Source of the DNA: Candidatus Moranbacteria bacterium RIFCSPHIGHO2_01_FULL_54_31
GTDB lineage: Bacteria; Patescibacteriota; Minisyncoccia; Moranbacterales; UBA1568
Direction of reading: 5' to 3'
DNA length: 37,923 nt
Assembly (NCBI GenBank): GCA_001784695.1
Contig: MFRV01000002.1
Coordinates: 1-37,923 of the forward strand
Shown: one piece after another, positions 16,522 to 26,104 of the stretch
Layout of the letters: every line of letters starts with the position of its first letter
Position numbering within the stretch: the stretch's first letter is position 1
Made by a program: the position numbers and the translations under genes
The notes under the pieces: model-generated
What the model was told of the DNA's origin: nothing
Database searches by the model: none
The model's input: only the letters and a program-made list of their open reading frames with translations

Positions 16522-17709
16522 ATGCATAACGAACATTTCAGCAGGAACAAAGTGCGTTTGGTTAGTTTCGTCGCCTTTCTCTTGGGCTTCCTGGACGCTT
16601 TTTTGATCTATATCCTTTCGGCTTATTTCTCGCAAGTGACCGGCAATGACAACGTTGGCGTATTCTATTTTGTCGCGTATAGCATCGTACTGGTGTCGCT
16701 TTTCTATCTGCAGCCATTGATCCGGACGATCGGCAAGGCGCGGGCGCTCTACCTGTCCCTGGGTATCGCCATACTCGCCTGCGCGCTTCTGACGCGACTC
16801 CCGGTCGGGTGGCTGTCTGTCGGTATCGTGCTTGTTTTTATGGTCGCGACGAACGTCCTCTGGGTAACGCTCGATATCCTGCTGGAGAGTTTTTCTCAGG
16901 ACCGGATGTCGGGGAGGATCCGGGGTTTCTATCTGATGATTATGAACGCGGGTATCCTCGCGGCGCCGTTCTTATCGACTCTGACGCTGGAGCGTTCCAG
17001 CTATGAGGGCGTTTTTTTCATCCTGATCATCGGGTATACCCTCGTGTTCCTCATCACGCTTCTCGGTTTCCGCAATGACAACGCGGTGTTTCAGGAGAAG
17101 CTCCGCCTGCGCCAGACGATCGCCAAGATGCTGCGCGAGAGAAACCTCCTGCGGATCTATCAGATATCGTTCGCGATGGAATTTTTCTATGCGATGATGA
17201 TCGTGTATACGCCGCTCTATCTCCGCTCCCTTGATTTCTCCTGGAACGAGATCGGCATGATGTTCACGCTGATGCTCGTGCCGTTCATCATCCTGCAGTA
17301 CCCGCTCGGCATTTTGGCCGACAAGCGTTTCGGGGAGAAAGAGCTCCTGGTAGGGAGCATTTTCATCGTGCTCGTGTCGACAGCGGCGCTCGGATTTATC
17401 GACGGCGCCGGTTTCTGGGTATGGGCCGGAGTATTATTCCTCACGCGCATAGGGGCGGCCGGCATCGAAGTGCTGCGCGACTCGTATTTTTACAAGCAGA
17501 TCGATGGTGATCGGATGGATGTCATCGCCTTTTTCCGGACTGCGCGACCCATAGCCAATATCGTCGGCGCTTTGTTTTCTATCGTGTTGTTACTCTTTTT
17601 CCCTCTCCAGAGCATCTTTGTTATGGTAGCCGTCGTGCTGCTGTTCTCTCTTTTCACCGCTTTTTCGCTCAAAGACACGCGAAGTGAGCTCGAGCTCGGT
17701 GTCCGCTGA
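16522..17709 (+). CDS. MFS transporter
   Basis: About 12 hydrophobic segments; motif-A-like PLGILADKRFGEKELL. Confidence 0.88.
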   Translation: MHNEHFSRNKVRLVSFVAFLLGFLDAFLIYILSAYFSQVTGNDNVGVFYFVAYSIVLVSLFYLQPLIRTIGKARALYLSLGIAILACALLTRLPVGWLSVGIVLVFMVATNVLWVTLDILLESFSQDRMSGRIRGFYLMIMNAGILAAPFLSTLTLERSSYEGVFFILIIGYTLVFLITLLGFRNDNAVFQEKLRLRQTIAKMLRERNLLRIYQISFAMEFFYAMMIVYTPLYLRSLDFSWNEIGMMFTLMLVPFIILQYPLGILADKRFGEKELLVGSIFIVLVSTAALGFIDGAGFWVWAGVLFLTRIGAAGIEVLRDSYFYKQIDGDRMDVIAFFRTARPIANIVGALFSIVLLLFFPLQSIFVMVAVVLLFSLFTAFSLKDTRSELELGVR

Positions 17710-17792
17710 CCTGGCAGAGGGGTTTTGTTTGGCAAATCAGCCAAGAAATGCTATTCTGAAGAGGAAATGGACTCCCATACCTTGGTTTGATT

Positions 17793-18500
17793 ATGGCTTA
17801 TCATATACGTTTGGAGCAATTCGAAGGACCTCTGGATCTTTTGCTGTCTCTGATCGAGAAAGAGCAGCTCGATATCACCCAAGTCAGCCTCGCCAAGGTG
17901 GCCGATCAGTATCTGGCATACTTGCGCGATGAGGAGTCTCTTTCGCTCGACAATCTGGCTTCTTTCCTCACGATCGCGGCGCGTCTGATACTCATCAAAT
18001 CGAGAGCCCTCCTGCCGATTCTCCAGTTCAGCGACGAAGAGGAGGAATCGATGGCGGATCTGGAGATACGCCTCCGCGAGTACCAGCGCTTCCGCGAGGC
18101 GGCAGGCAGGCTCGACACGCTGCTTGGGCGCGGACAGAGCGCGCACACGCGGGAGAGTTTTCTCGGCACGCAGGTGGTGTTCTATCCGCCGAGCGGTCTC
18201 TCGGCCACTGATCTGCGGACGCATTTCGCCAATGTCCTGGGAGACATACCGGTCTTCGAAACATTGCCGGAAAAAGAGATCCAGGCCGTCATCACGCTGG
18301 AAGAGAAGATCATCCATCTCAAGCAGTCGCTCGCAGAGCGCGCCGAATCTTCTTTCGCCGATCTGACCAGCGTGGCGACCGATCGCATCGAAGTCATCGT
18401 TTCTTTTCTCGCGGTACTCGAGATGGTGAAGCAGCGCATCATCTTCGTCGAGCAGGACAGATTTTTCAGCGACATCCGCATCAAACGTTTTATTGCATAG
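17793..18500 (+). CDS. scpA: Segregation/condensation protein A (kleisin)
   Basis: FEGPLDLLLSLIEKEQLDI...LIKSRALLP; SFLAVLEMVK. Confidence 0.95.
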   Translation: MAYHIRLEQFEGPLDLLLSLIEKEQLDITQVSLAKVADQYLAYLRDEESLSLDNLASFLTIAARLILIKSRALLPILQFSDEEEESMADLEIRLREYQRFREAAGRLDTLLGRGQSAHTRESFLGTQVVFYPPSGLSATDLRTHFANVLGDIPVFETLPEKEIQAVITLEEKIIHLKQSLAERAESSFADLTSVATDRIEVIVSFLAVLEMVKQRIIFVEQDRFFSDIRIKRFIA

Positions 18501-18506
18501 ATCATT

Positions 18507-19079
18507 ATGGCGCAAGCACACCTCGCATCAGCTCTGGAATCCTTGCTCTTCATAAGCGGCGAACCGCTGTCTTTCGCGCGTATCGCGAAGACGATCGGTA
18601 TCACCGAAAAAGAAACAGCGGAGCATATTCAGGTGCTGGCAGAAAAATATGCGAGCGATGGCGAGCGCGGCCTGATGATCATCATCAAAGACCGCAGGGC
18701 GGCGCTCGCGACTAAGCCGGAGAACGCTCAGGCAGTGGAAGCCCTGACCAAGAGTTCGCTTCAGGAACACTTGAGCAAGGCGGCGCTGGAGGTGCTCTCC
18801 ATTGTCGCTTACCGCGCACCGATCACGCGCGCCGAGATCGAATCCATCCGTGGCGTGAATTGCAGCTTCACCCTGCGCAATCTCCTGCTCCGCGATCTGA
18901 TCGAGCGGCAGGGGAATCCGGATGACAGTCGCGGTTATATCTATCTGCCGACATTCCGTTTCCTCCAGTCGCTCGGCATACGGAGTACCGAGGGATTGCC
19001 GGATTACGAGGCATTGTCAGAAGATGAGCGCCTGAAGATGGTCGCCGAAGAGCATAATTCAGAGACTATACATCGATAA
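18507..19079 (+). CDS. scpB: Segregation/condensation protein B
   Basis: LESLLFISGEP; LSKAALEVLSIVAYRAPITRAEIESIRGVN. Confidence 0.95.
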   Translation: MAQAHLASALESLLFISGEPLSFARIAKTIGITEKETAEHIQVLAEKYASDGERGLMIIIKDRRAALATKPENAQAVEALTKSSLQEHLSKAALEVLSIVAYRAPITRAEIESIRGVNCSFTLRNLLLRDLIERQGNPDDSRGYIYLPTFRFLQSLGIRSTEGLPDYEALSEDERLKMVAEEHNSETIHR

Positions 19080-20104
19080 TGCGTACACTGATTATTTTCA
19101 TCATCGCGGCTGGCATAGCATATTCTCTCGTAATCGGGGATGGCGCGTATTTTCTGGCGCGCGGCGAGAGCGCATTGGATTTTTTCGATGGCAGAGGAAG
19201 CCGTGTGTTGGGGGAACAGAACACCATAGAGCAGCCGACGATGCCATTCGTGACGGAGAATCGCAGTTTGGCGGCGGGATTCGACCCGGAGCTCCGTCCC
19301 TATGCGCCGCAGCTCAGTATCGTGACGGCGCATTCCTCGATCATCCTGGATGTGGATTCTGGCAAGGTGCTGTATGAGCGCAATGCCCGCGAAGAGCGTC
19401 AGATTGCGTCGCTCACCAAGCTCTTTACGGCGACCATCGTTATCGAGCGGGTGCCGGATCTGGATGAGCTGGTCACGATCGATGAGGAGGCGGTCTATGC
19501 CGAAGGGACGCGTGTCGGTTGTCCGCGTTCCGGTTTCTGCAACGGGGAGCGTCTCAAGTCGGGCGAGCAAGTGACCGTCCGCGATCTCCTGAAAGCGGCG
19601 CTGATGAATAGTGCCAATGACGCCGCTATCGCGCTTGGCAAGCACATCGGAAAAACGCAAGCCGGCTTTGCCAGGATTATGAATGAGCGCGCCCAGGAGC
19701 TTGGTTTGGAAAATTCTCACTTCTGCACGCCTTCCGGATTGGAGCCGGACGGACGGGAACACGAGTGCTATTCTTCGGCGCGCGATGTCGCCTTGATCAC
19801 GGCACAGGCTCTCAAATATGGCATTCTCTGGGATATGATGCGTACCGAAAAGACGTACATCACTTCATATGACGGAAAATATACCCACGAAATCTTCAAT
19901 ACCGATGAGCTGCTCGGGCAATTGCCCAATCTGATCGGGACCAAGACCGGTTTTACGCCGCTTGCCGGCTATTCGCTCTTGGCGGTGGCATCGGATCAGA
20001 CAGAGAATCACCGGGTGATAGCCGTGCTGCTCGATGACCCGTACCGCTGGCAGAGTATCCGTTCGATGTTCGACTGGAGTTTCCAGGCTATCGATTGGAG
20101 ATAA
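19079..20104 (+). CDS. D-alanyl-D-alanine carboxypeptidase (peptidase S11)
   Basis: SLTK, SAN and KTG catalytic motifs; N-terminal signal/anchor. Confidence 0.92.
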   Translation: MRTLIIFIIAAGIAYSLVIGDGAYFLARGESALDFFDGRGSRVLGEQNTIEQPTMPFVTENRSLAAGFDPELRPYAPQLSIVTAHSSIILDVDSGKVLYERNAREERQIASLTKLFTATIVIERVPDLDELVTIDEEAVYAEGTRVGCPRSGFCNGERLKSGEQVTVRDLLKAALMNSANDAAIALGKHIGKTQAGFARIMNERAQELGLENSHFCTPSGLEPDGREHECYSSARDVALITAQALKYGILWDMMRTEKTYITSYDGKYTHEIFNTDELLGQLPNLIGTKTGFTPLAGYSLLAVASDQTENHRVIAVLLDDPYRWQSIRSMFDWSFQAIDWR

Positions 20105-20135
20105 ATCATACTCTTTAGCGTAACCGATTCACACT

Positions 20136-21245
20136 ATGGACACTATCCAGATCGCGCAGATACAGCATATCCCGATGGTTATGAACGCTCTCAAGGTGCT
20201 CACGACGGGCTTCCTGGCGTTCATACTCGCCTTCGCGCTGACGCCGGTGTGGACGCATATCCTGTATAAGTACAAGATCGGCATCCGGATCAAGAAAACC
20301 GACGTGAACGGGGAGCAGCTGACGTTCGTCAATAAGCTGCACGCGAGCAAAGCTGGTACGCCGACGATGGGTGGGGTGATCGTGTGGGTGACGGTGCTGC
20401 TTTTGGCGCTGCTCTCGCATTATGCGTTTCCGTTCATTGCGGAGTGGACCGATACCAATTTCATCGCGCGTCTGGATTTCTTCAAGCGTTCCCAGGTCTG
20501 GCTGCCGCTTTTCGTACTGGTGACTGCGGGCGCTTTGGGATTGCTCGATGATTATATGAGTGTTCGCGGTACCGGGAGCAACAAGGGTGGCGGTATGCGT
20601 TTCGCCTTCCGTTTCTGGTGGCTCTTCATTATTGCCGGCGCGGGAGCGTGGTGGTTCTATTCGAAGCTCGGCTGGGATCAGATCCATGTTCCGGCGATGG
20701 GGGATTTCTCGATCGGCTGGTGGTATATCCCGCTTTTCATCTTTGTCATCCTGTTCACGGCGATTTCTTCCAATGAGACCGATGGCTTGGATGGATTGGA
20801 TGGCGGCGTCCTCCTGACCGCGTTCAGCTCGTTTGCGCTCATCGCATTTCTCCAGAACCGGATGGATTTGGCGGCATTGTGCGCGGCGATTTCCGGGGCT
20901 CTGCTTGCTTTTTTGTGGTTCAATATCTATCCCGCCCGGTTTTTTATGGGTGACACCGGCGCTCTGTCGCTCGGGACGACGCTCGGCGTGGTCGCGATGC
21001 TCACCAATTCCACGATCGTGCTGTTCGTGATCGTCTTCATCTATATCCTGGAATCGGGGAGTGCCGCTCTCCAGCTCGCGAGCAAGCGTTTTTTCGGACG
21101 GAAAGTTTTTCTGGCGGCACCGCTCCATCACCACTTTGAAGCGAAAGGCTGGCCGGAACCGAAAATCGTGATGCGTACGTGGATTTTCACCGCGTTGACC
21201 GCTCTGATCGGGCTGATGATCGGGATATTGGGGATGGGGAAGTAA
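20136..21245 (+). CDS. mraY: Phospho-N-acetylmuramoyl-pentapeptide transferase
   Basis: KAGTPTMGG, LLDDY, NETDGLDGL, PARFFMGDTG, APLHHHFE. Confidence 0.96.
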   Translation: MDTIQIAQIQHIPMVMNALKVLTTGFLAFILAFALTPVWTHILYKYKIGIRIKKTDVNGEQLTFVNKLHASKAGTPTMGGVIVWVTVLLLALLSHYAFPFIAEWTDTNFIARLDFFKRSQVWLPLFVLVTAGALGLLDDYMSVRGTGSNKGGGMRFAFRFWWLFIIAGAGAWWFYSKLGWDQIHVPAMGDFSIGWWYIPLFIFVILFTAISSNETDGLDGLDGGVLLTAFSSFALIAFLQNRMDLAALCAAISGALLAFLWFNIYPARFFMGDTGALSLGTTLGVVAMLTNSTIVLFVIVFIYILESGSAALQLASKRFFGRKVFLAAPLHHHFEAKGWPEPKIVMRTWIFTALTALIGLMIGILGMGK

Positions 21246-21279
21246 CCGGGGCAGGTATCATAAATATTATGCACACATT

Positions 21280-22374
21280 ATGAAATTACGAAGCATCGAA
21301 GAAGCGAATTTCGAAAATGCTCGTGTGCTCGTCCGGGTGGATTTCAATGTAGCGCTGAATAACTCCGCGGAAGTCGAGGAACATTTCCGTTTCGATATCG
21401 TGAAAAAGACCGTCGATCATATAGCAACGTTTCCCGGCGTCAAGATCGCTCTGTTGACGCATTTCGGCCGCCCTTCTGGCGAGCCTCGCACGACGGGACA
21501 GCCGCAAGGCGAGTCTCAGGCAGCGGAATACTCCGTCGCGCAGATCGCTTCTGCTGCGGCACGGTCCTTGGGCCGGAAAATAGTGTGCGTATCCGATTGT
21601 ATCGGCGCTCCGGTAGAGGAGGCTCTCGGAAAACTTGATTCCGGAGAAGTGCTGCTTCTGGAAAACGTACGTTTGCATCCGGAAGAAGAGGCGAACGATC
21701 CTCTGTTCGCGGAGACCCTCGCCCAGCCATTCACGCTGTTCGTGAATGAGGCGTTCAGCGTCTGTCATCGCGCTCATACATCCATCGTCGGTGTGCCGAA
21801 AGTGCTGCCGGCCTATGCCGGCTTCCGCGTACTGGAGGAGATCGAAAAGCTGGATCAGGTCAGGCTTTCGCCGGCGCACCCGGCCATCGCCGTGATCGGC
21901 GGGGCGAAGATCGAGACGAAGCTGCCGCTCATCCGGGCATTTGAAGAGAATTATGATGCTATCCTCGTCGGCGGCAAGATAGCCAATGAAGCGCTTGATG
22001 AGAAAATAGTCTTTTCTGAGAAAGTGCTGCTGCCGCGGGACTTCGATTCTTCGGAGCGCCTCGATATCGGACCGATCACGACCGCTCAGTATATCCAGGT
22101 CATCAAAATGGCGAAAACCATCGTGTGGAACGGCCCCTTGGGGAAATTCGAAGAAAAACCGTATGACAGGGGGACGCTGGCGATACTGCAAGCGATGCTC
22201 GAGACGGACGCCTTCGTGGTGATCGGCGGCGGAGAGTCGCTCGCGGTCGCGGAAAAAGCCAACGTGATGAACAAGATCGGTTTTGTTTCTTCCGGCGGCG
22301 GGGCGATGCTCGAATATCTGAGCGGACATACGCTGCCTGGAATAGAAGCGCTCAAAGAGGAGCGGTCGCTGTGA
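21280..22374 (+). CDS. pgk: Phosphoglycerate kinase
   Basis: VRVDFNV, HFGRP, LLENVR, HRAH, IGGAK, VWNGPLG, GGGES, SSGGGAMLEYL. Confidence 0.95.
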   Translation: MKLRSIEEANFENARVLVRVDFNVALNNSAEVEEHFRFDIVKKTVDHIATFPGVKIALLTHFGRPSGEPRTTGQPQGESQAAEYSVAQIASAAARSLGRKIVCVSDCIGAPVEEALGKLDSGEVLLLENVRLHPEEEANDPLFAETLAQPFTLFVNEAFSVCHRAHTSIVGVPKVLPAYAGFRVLEEIEKLDQVRLSPAHPAIAVIGGAKIETKLPLIRAFEENYDAILVGGKIANEALDEKIVFSEKVLLPRDFDSSERLDIGPITTAQYIQVIKMAKTIVWNGPLGKFEEKPYDRGTLAILQAMLETDAFVVIGGGESLAVAEKANVMNKIGFVSSGGGAMLEYLSGHTLPGIEALKEERSL

Positions 22375-22405
22375 TATACTGGATACATATATAAGCTGCA
22401 ATACC

Positions 22406-23686
22406 ATGCCGACTATCACATCAGTCAAAGGAAGGGAAATCTTGGATTCGCGCGGCAATCCGACCATCGAGGTGGAAGTGACGCTTGCGGACGGGACGAC
22501 CGCTAGAGCCGGCGTGCCATCGGGCGCTTCGACCGGCGCCTTCGAGGCGGTAGAGCTTCGTGATGGGGATCCGCATCGGTATGGCGGCTTGGGCGTAGAG
22601 AATGCCGTGGCGCATGTGAATGGCGAGATTGCGGAAGCAGTGCTCGGTATGGAAGCGGATGACCAGACAGCGGTGGATGAGAAAATGATCGCCCTCGATG
22701 GGACGGAAAACAAGGCCCGCCTCGGGGCCAATGCTATTCTCGGGGTATCGCTGGCTGTCTGCCGTGCGGCAGCGAAATCGTCCGGCAAGCCGCTCTATGA
22801 GCATATCGGTACGCTGCTTTCCAAAAAGAAGCAAAAGGCGGAATTCGTCGTGCCGATGTTCAATATCTTGAACGGCGGCAAGCACAGCGATTCGGGTCTG
22901 TCAGTACAGGAATTCAAGATCATTCCGTTCGGTATCGTGGGATATGCAGAACAATTGCGTGCCGGCAGCGAGATTTTTCATACATTGAAGAAAGTATTGG
23001 AGCACGAGGGGTATGCGGTCGGCGTAGGTGATGAGGGCGGTTTCGCGCCGCGCCTGGAAAGCCACGCGCAGGCATTCGAGATGATCATCCGAGCTGTCCG
23101 CGATGCCGGTTATCGTCCGGGCGAAGATATCTGCATCGGTCTCGATGTGGCGGCCAATTCTTTCTATGATGCCGCGGAAGACCAGTATGCGCTCAAGCCC
23201 GAAGGCGTATCGCTTTCCCGCGAGAGCATCATCAACGTCTATAGGGAATGGATACAGAAATATTTCGTCGTATCTATCGAAGACGGTCTGCACGAGGAAG
23301 ATTGGCATGGCTGGAAGCTGATGCAGGAGAAGCTCGGCAAGGAGGCGGTCGCCTGGGGCAAGCCGCTGCTGTTCATCGGAGACGACCTCTTGGTGACCAA
23401 TGTGAAGCGTCTGGAAAAAGCTATCGCGGAGCATTCCTGCAACGCGGTGCTGATCAAGCCGAATCAGATCGGGACGGTGACAGAAACGCTTCGGTGTATG
23501 GAACTTGCGGCAAAGAATCATATGCAGAGAATAGTCTCCCATCGTTCCGGAGAAACCATCGATGATTTCATCGCGGATTTCGCGGTGGGCACCGGAGCGG
23601 AATTCATCAAGACCGGATCGCTTTCCCGCGGCGAACGGATCGCCAAATACAATCGCCTGCTCGCTATCAGGGATGAAACCGTTTAA
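22406..23686 (+). CDS. eno: Enolase
   Basis: REILDSRGNPTIEV, PSGASTG, GDEGGFAP, GDDLLVTN, LIKPNQIGT, SHRSGET. Confidence 0.98.
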   Translation: MPTITSVKGREILDSRGNPTIEVEVTLADGTTARAGVPSGASTGAFEAVELRDGDPHRYGGLGVENAVAHVNGEIAEAVLGMEADDQTAVDEKMIALDGTENKARLGANAILGVSLAVCRAAAKSSGKPLYEHIGTLLSKKKQKAEFVVPMFNILNGGKHSDSGLSVQEFKIIPFGIVGYAEQLRAGSEIFHTLKKVLEHEGYAVGVGDEGGFAPRLESHAQAFEMIIRAVRDAGYRPGEDICIGLDVAANSFYDAAEDQYALKPEGVSLSRESIINVYREWIQKYFVVSIEDGLHEEDWHGWKLMQEKLGKEAVAWGKPLLFIGDDLLVTNVKRLEKAIAEHSCNAVLIKPNQIGTVTETLRCMELAAKNHMQRIVSHRSGETIDDFIADFAVGTGAEFIKTGSLSRGERIAKYNRLLAIRDETV

Positions 23687-23698
23687 TACCACTTCTCT

Positions 23699-24727
23699 AT
23701 GTTTTTGACTCCTTCAGCTTACAAAGTCATCTGTGTCGGATCGACCTCCAAAGACATCTTTTTTCCGACAGACGAAGGTATCATCATCCAGACGCCCGAC
23801 GATATCGTTTCCAAGGAAAAGATCGCTTTCGAATTGGGAGGGAAATATCGCGTCGCGGATCGCTATGAGGCGGTGGGCGGCGTCGCGGCCAATGTCGCGC
23901 ACGGATTGCATCGGCTCGGGCACGCGGCAGCCTGCTACAGCAAGATAGGCCAAGACGAGATGGGGCGCTGGATACTCGATGCCTTCAAGCAAGAAAAGGT
24001 GCCGACCGATCTCTTGTCCGCCGATCCGGTAGCGAAAACGGACCTCTCTGCGATCATCGTGCTGACGCAGAACGGCGAGCGCACCATTTTTCATAATCGC
24101 GATGCCAATGAGAAGCTGGAAATCATTGATGAGAAATTCGCCCATACGGAGTGGGTGTTCCTGAGCGCTCTCAATGGGGAGTGGAAAACCAATATGCAGA
24201 AGCTGCTCGCGCTCAAAGAGACGTACGGCTTTTTGCTCGCGTTCAATCCCGGTCAGCACAATATCAAAGAAGATGCTTCGTTTATGCTTCAGATGCTAGT
24301 CCATGCGGATGTGCTCCTTCTCAACAAAGACGAAGCCATCGAGCTTACGATGCAGACGCATAAAGAGCTTGACGCGGAGCATCTGAATGACGAGATGTTC
24401 CTGCTCGAGGCGCTCTCTCGGGCGGGTGCGAAAACCATCGGTATGACGGACGGCAAGCGCGGCGCGTGGAGTTTCGATGGTACGGAATACTGGTATTGCC
24501 CGATCCATACCCTGAAGGGAGTGGTGGATACCACGGGAGCGGGAGATGCGTTCGGATCCGGATTTTTCGCGGCGCTGCTCAATGGCAAGCCGATCGAATC
24601 CGCACTCCGCTACGGTATGGCGAATAGCGGGAGCGTGGTGGGAGCGTATGGCGCTATCGATGGACTCCTCTCGTCAGGCGACATAGATGGCATCGCAGAA
24701 AATATCCTTCCGGAGCGTTTGAATTGA
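23699..24727 (+). CDS. PfkB family carbohydrate kinase
   Basis: GGVAANVA, FNPG, LNKDEA, DTTGAGDAFGSGF. Confidence 0.92.
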   Translation: MFLTPSAYKVICVGSTSKDIFFPTDEGIIIQTPDDIVSKEKIAFELGGKYRVADRYEAVGGVAANVAHGLHRLGHAAACYSKIGQDEMGRWILDAFKQEKVPTDLLSADPVAKTDLSAIIVLTQNGERTIFHNRDANEKLEIIDEKFAHTEWVFLSALNGEWKTNMQKLLALKETYGFLLAFNPGQHNIKEDASFMLQMLVHADVLLLNKDEAIELTMQTHKELDAEHLNDEMFLLEALSRAGAKTIGMTDGKRGAWSFDGTEYWYCPIHTLKGVVDTTGAGDAFGSGFFAALLNGKPIESALRYGMANSGSVVGAYGAIDGLLSSGDIDGIAENILPERLN

Positions 24728-24783
24728 GGCGGGCGTCGCGGATGCTGTATACTGAAGAAACAAATAAATAAGGGCATTTTCGT

Positions 24784-26052
24784 ATGGGACTTTTTTCGCG
24801 CTTACCATGGAATCGTGACTCGGATCTGATCCTGGCTCTCGACATAGGCACCGAGGTGGTCAAAGCCCTTATTTTTCGCGTTGATTATGATCAGAAGCAT
24901 GGCGTGGTCATAGGCGTCGGCCGCGTAGCGCAGAAAATAGGCAATATGCAGAGCGGCGCTGTAGCGGATATAAACGGCGTGATCCAGTCTTCCCGCGAGG
25001 CGATTATGCTTGCCAAGGAAAAAGCCGGCGTGAAACGCGTGGAAAAAAGCATTATCGGCATCGCCGGCGAGCTGGTCAAGGGCACGACGACGACGGTGCA
25101 CTACGAGCGCGTCAATCCGGAAATGCATATCGGCATCCCCGAACTCAAGATGATCATCCAGAAAGTTCAGGAAAAAGCCTATCAGCGCATCAAGCGCCAG
25201 CTGGCCTGGGAAACCGGTCAGGATGATATCGATGTGAAGCTCATCAATGCGGCTATCGTTGATGTGCGCATCGACGGCTATCACGTCCTGAACCCGGTGA
25301 ACTTCCAGGGGCGCGATGTGTCGATGAGCGTGTTCAATGCGTATGCGCCGATGATCCATCTGGGTGCTTTGCAGACGATCGCCGATGAGCTGGACCTTGA
25401 TCTGCTGTCTATCGCGGCCGAGCCGTATGCGGTAGCGCGTTCCATCGAGGTGGAAGATATGCTGGATTTCAGCGCCATCTTCATCGATGTGGGCGGCGGG
25501 ACGACCGACATCGCCGTCGTGAGGAACGGCGGACTCGAAGGGACAAAAATGTTCGCGCTCGGCGGTCGCGCTTTCACCAAGCGTTTGGCGCAGGAGTTCC
25601 ACCTGAGTTTCGATGTGGCGGAACAGATGAAAATCGATTATGCCAATGGCCGTCTCAAAAACGAGGATGCGGCGCGTATCGCCGCGCTGTATGCCGATGA
25701 CTGCCGCGTGTGGCTGGGCGGCGTCGAACTCTCCCTCTTGGAATTCGCCGAAACCGATCTCTTGCCATCGCGTATTTTCCTCTGCGGAGGCGGTTCGGCT
25801 CTGCCAGGCATCAAGCAGGCGCTTCTCTCGCAGGAATGGGTGCAGACCCTGCCTTTTGCCAAATCTCCCCAAGTCGGGTTTCTGCAGCCGCGCGATATCG
25901 TCCGCATTACCGATACGACAGGAGAATTGAACAATCCGCAAGACATTACGCCGATCGGGTTGGCCAATCTCGCGCTCTTGGATCGCATCGAAGAGGAAAA
26001 AATGCTCTCGAGTATCTTGCGCCGCAGTATGGAATCTGTAGAAAAGAATTGA
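24784..26052 (+). CDS. ftsA: FtsA-like actin-fold ATPase
   Basis: ALDIGT, AEPYA, IDVGGGTTDIAV, GGRAFT, LCGGGSALPGI; not followed by ftsZ. Confidence 0.78.
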   Translation: MGLFSRLPWNRDSDLILALDIGTEVVKALIFRVDYDQKHGVVIGVGRVAQKIGNMQSGAVADINGVIQSSREAIMLAKEKAGVKRVEKSIIGIAGELVKGTTTTVHYERVNPEMHIGIPELKMIIQKVQEKAYQRIKRQLAWETGQDDIDVKLINAAIVDVRIDGYHVLNPVNFQGRDVSMSVFNAYAPMIHLGALQTIADELDLDLLSIAAEPYAVARSIEVEDMLDFSAIFIDVGGGTTDIAVVRNGGLEGTKMFALGGRAFTKRLAQEFHLSFDVAEQMKIDYANGRLKNEDAARIAALYADDCRVWLGGVELSLLEFAETDLLPSRIFLCGGGSALPGIKQALLSQEWVQTLPFAKSPQVGFLQPRDIVRITDTTGELNNPQDITPIGLANLALLDRIEEEKMLSSILRRSMESVEKN

Positions 26053-26104
26053 GAGTGCGCACCCGGAGCTTTCATTGAAATAAAATATTTTCACCAAATA
26101 TCCT

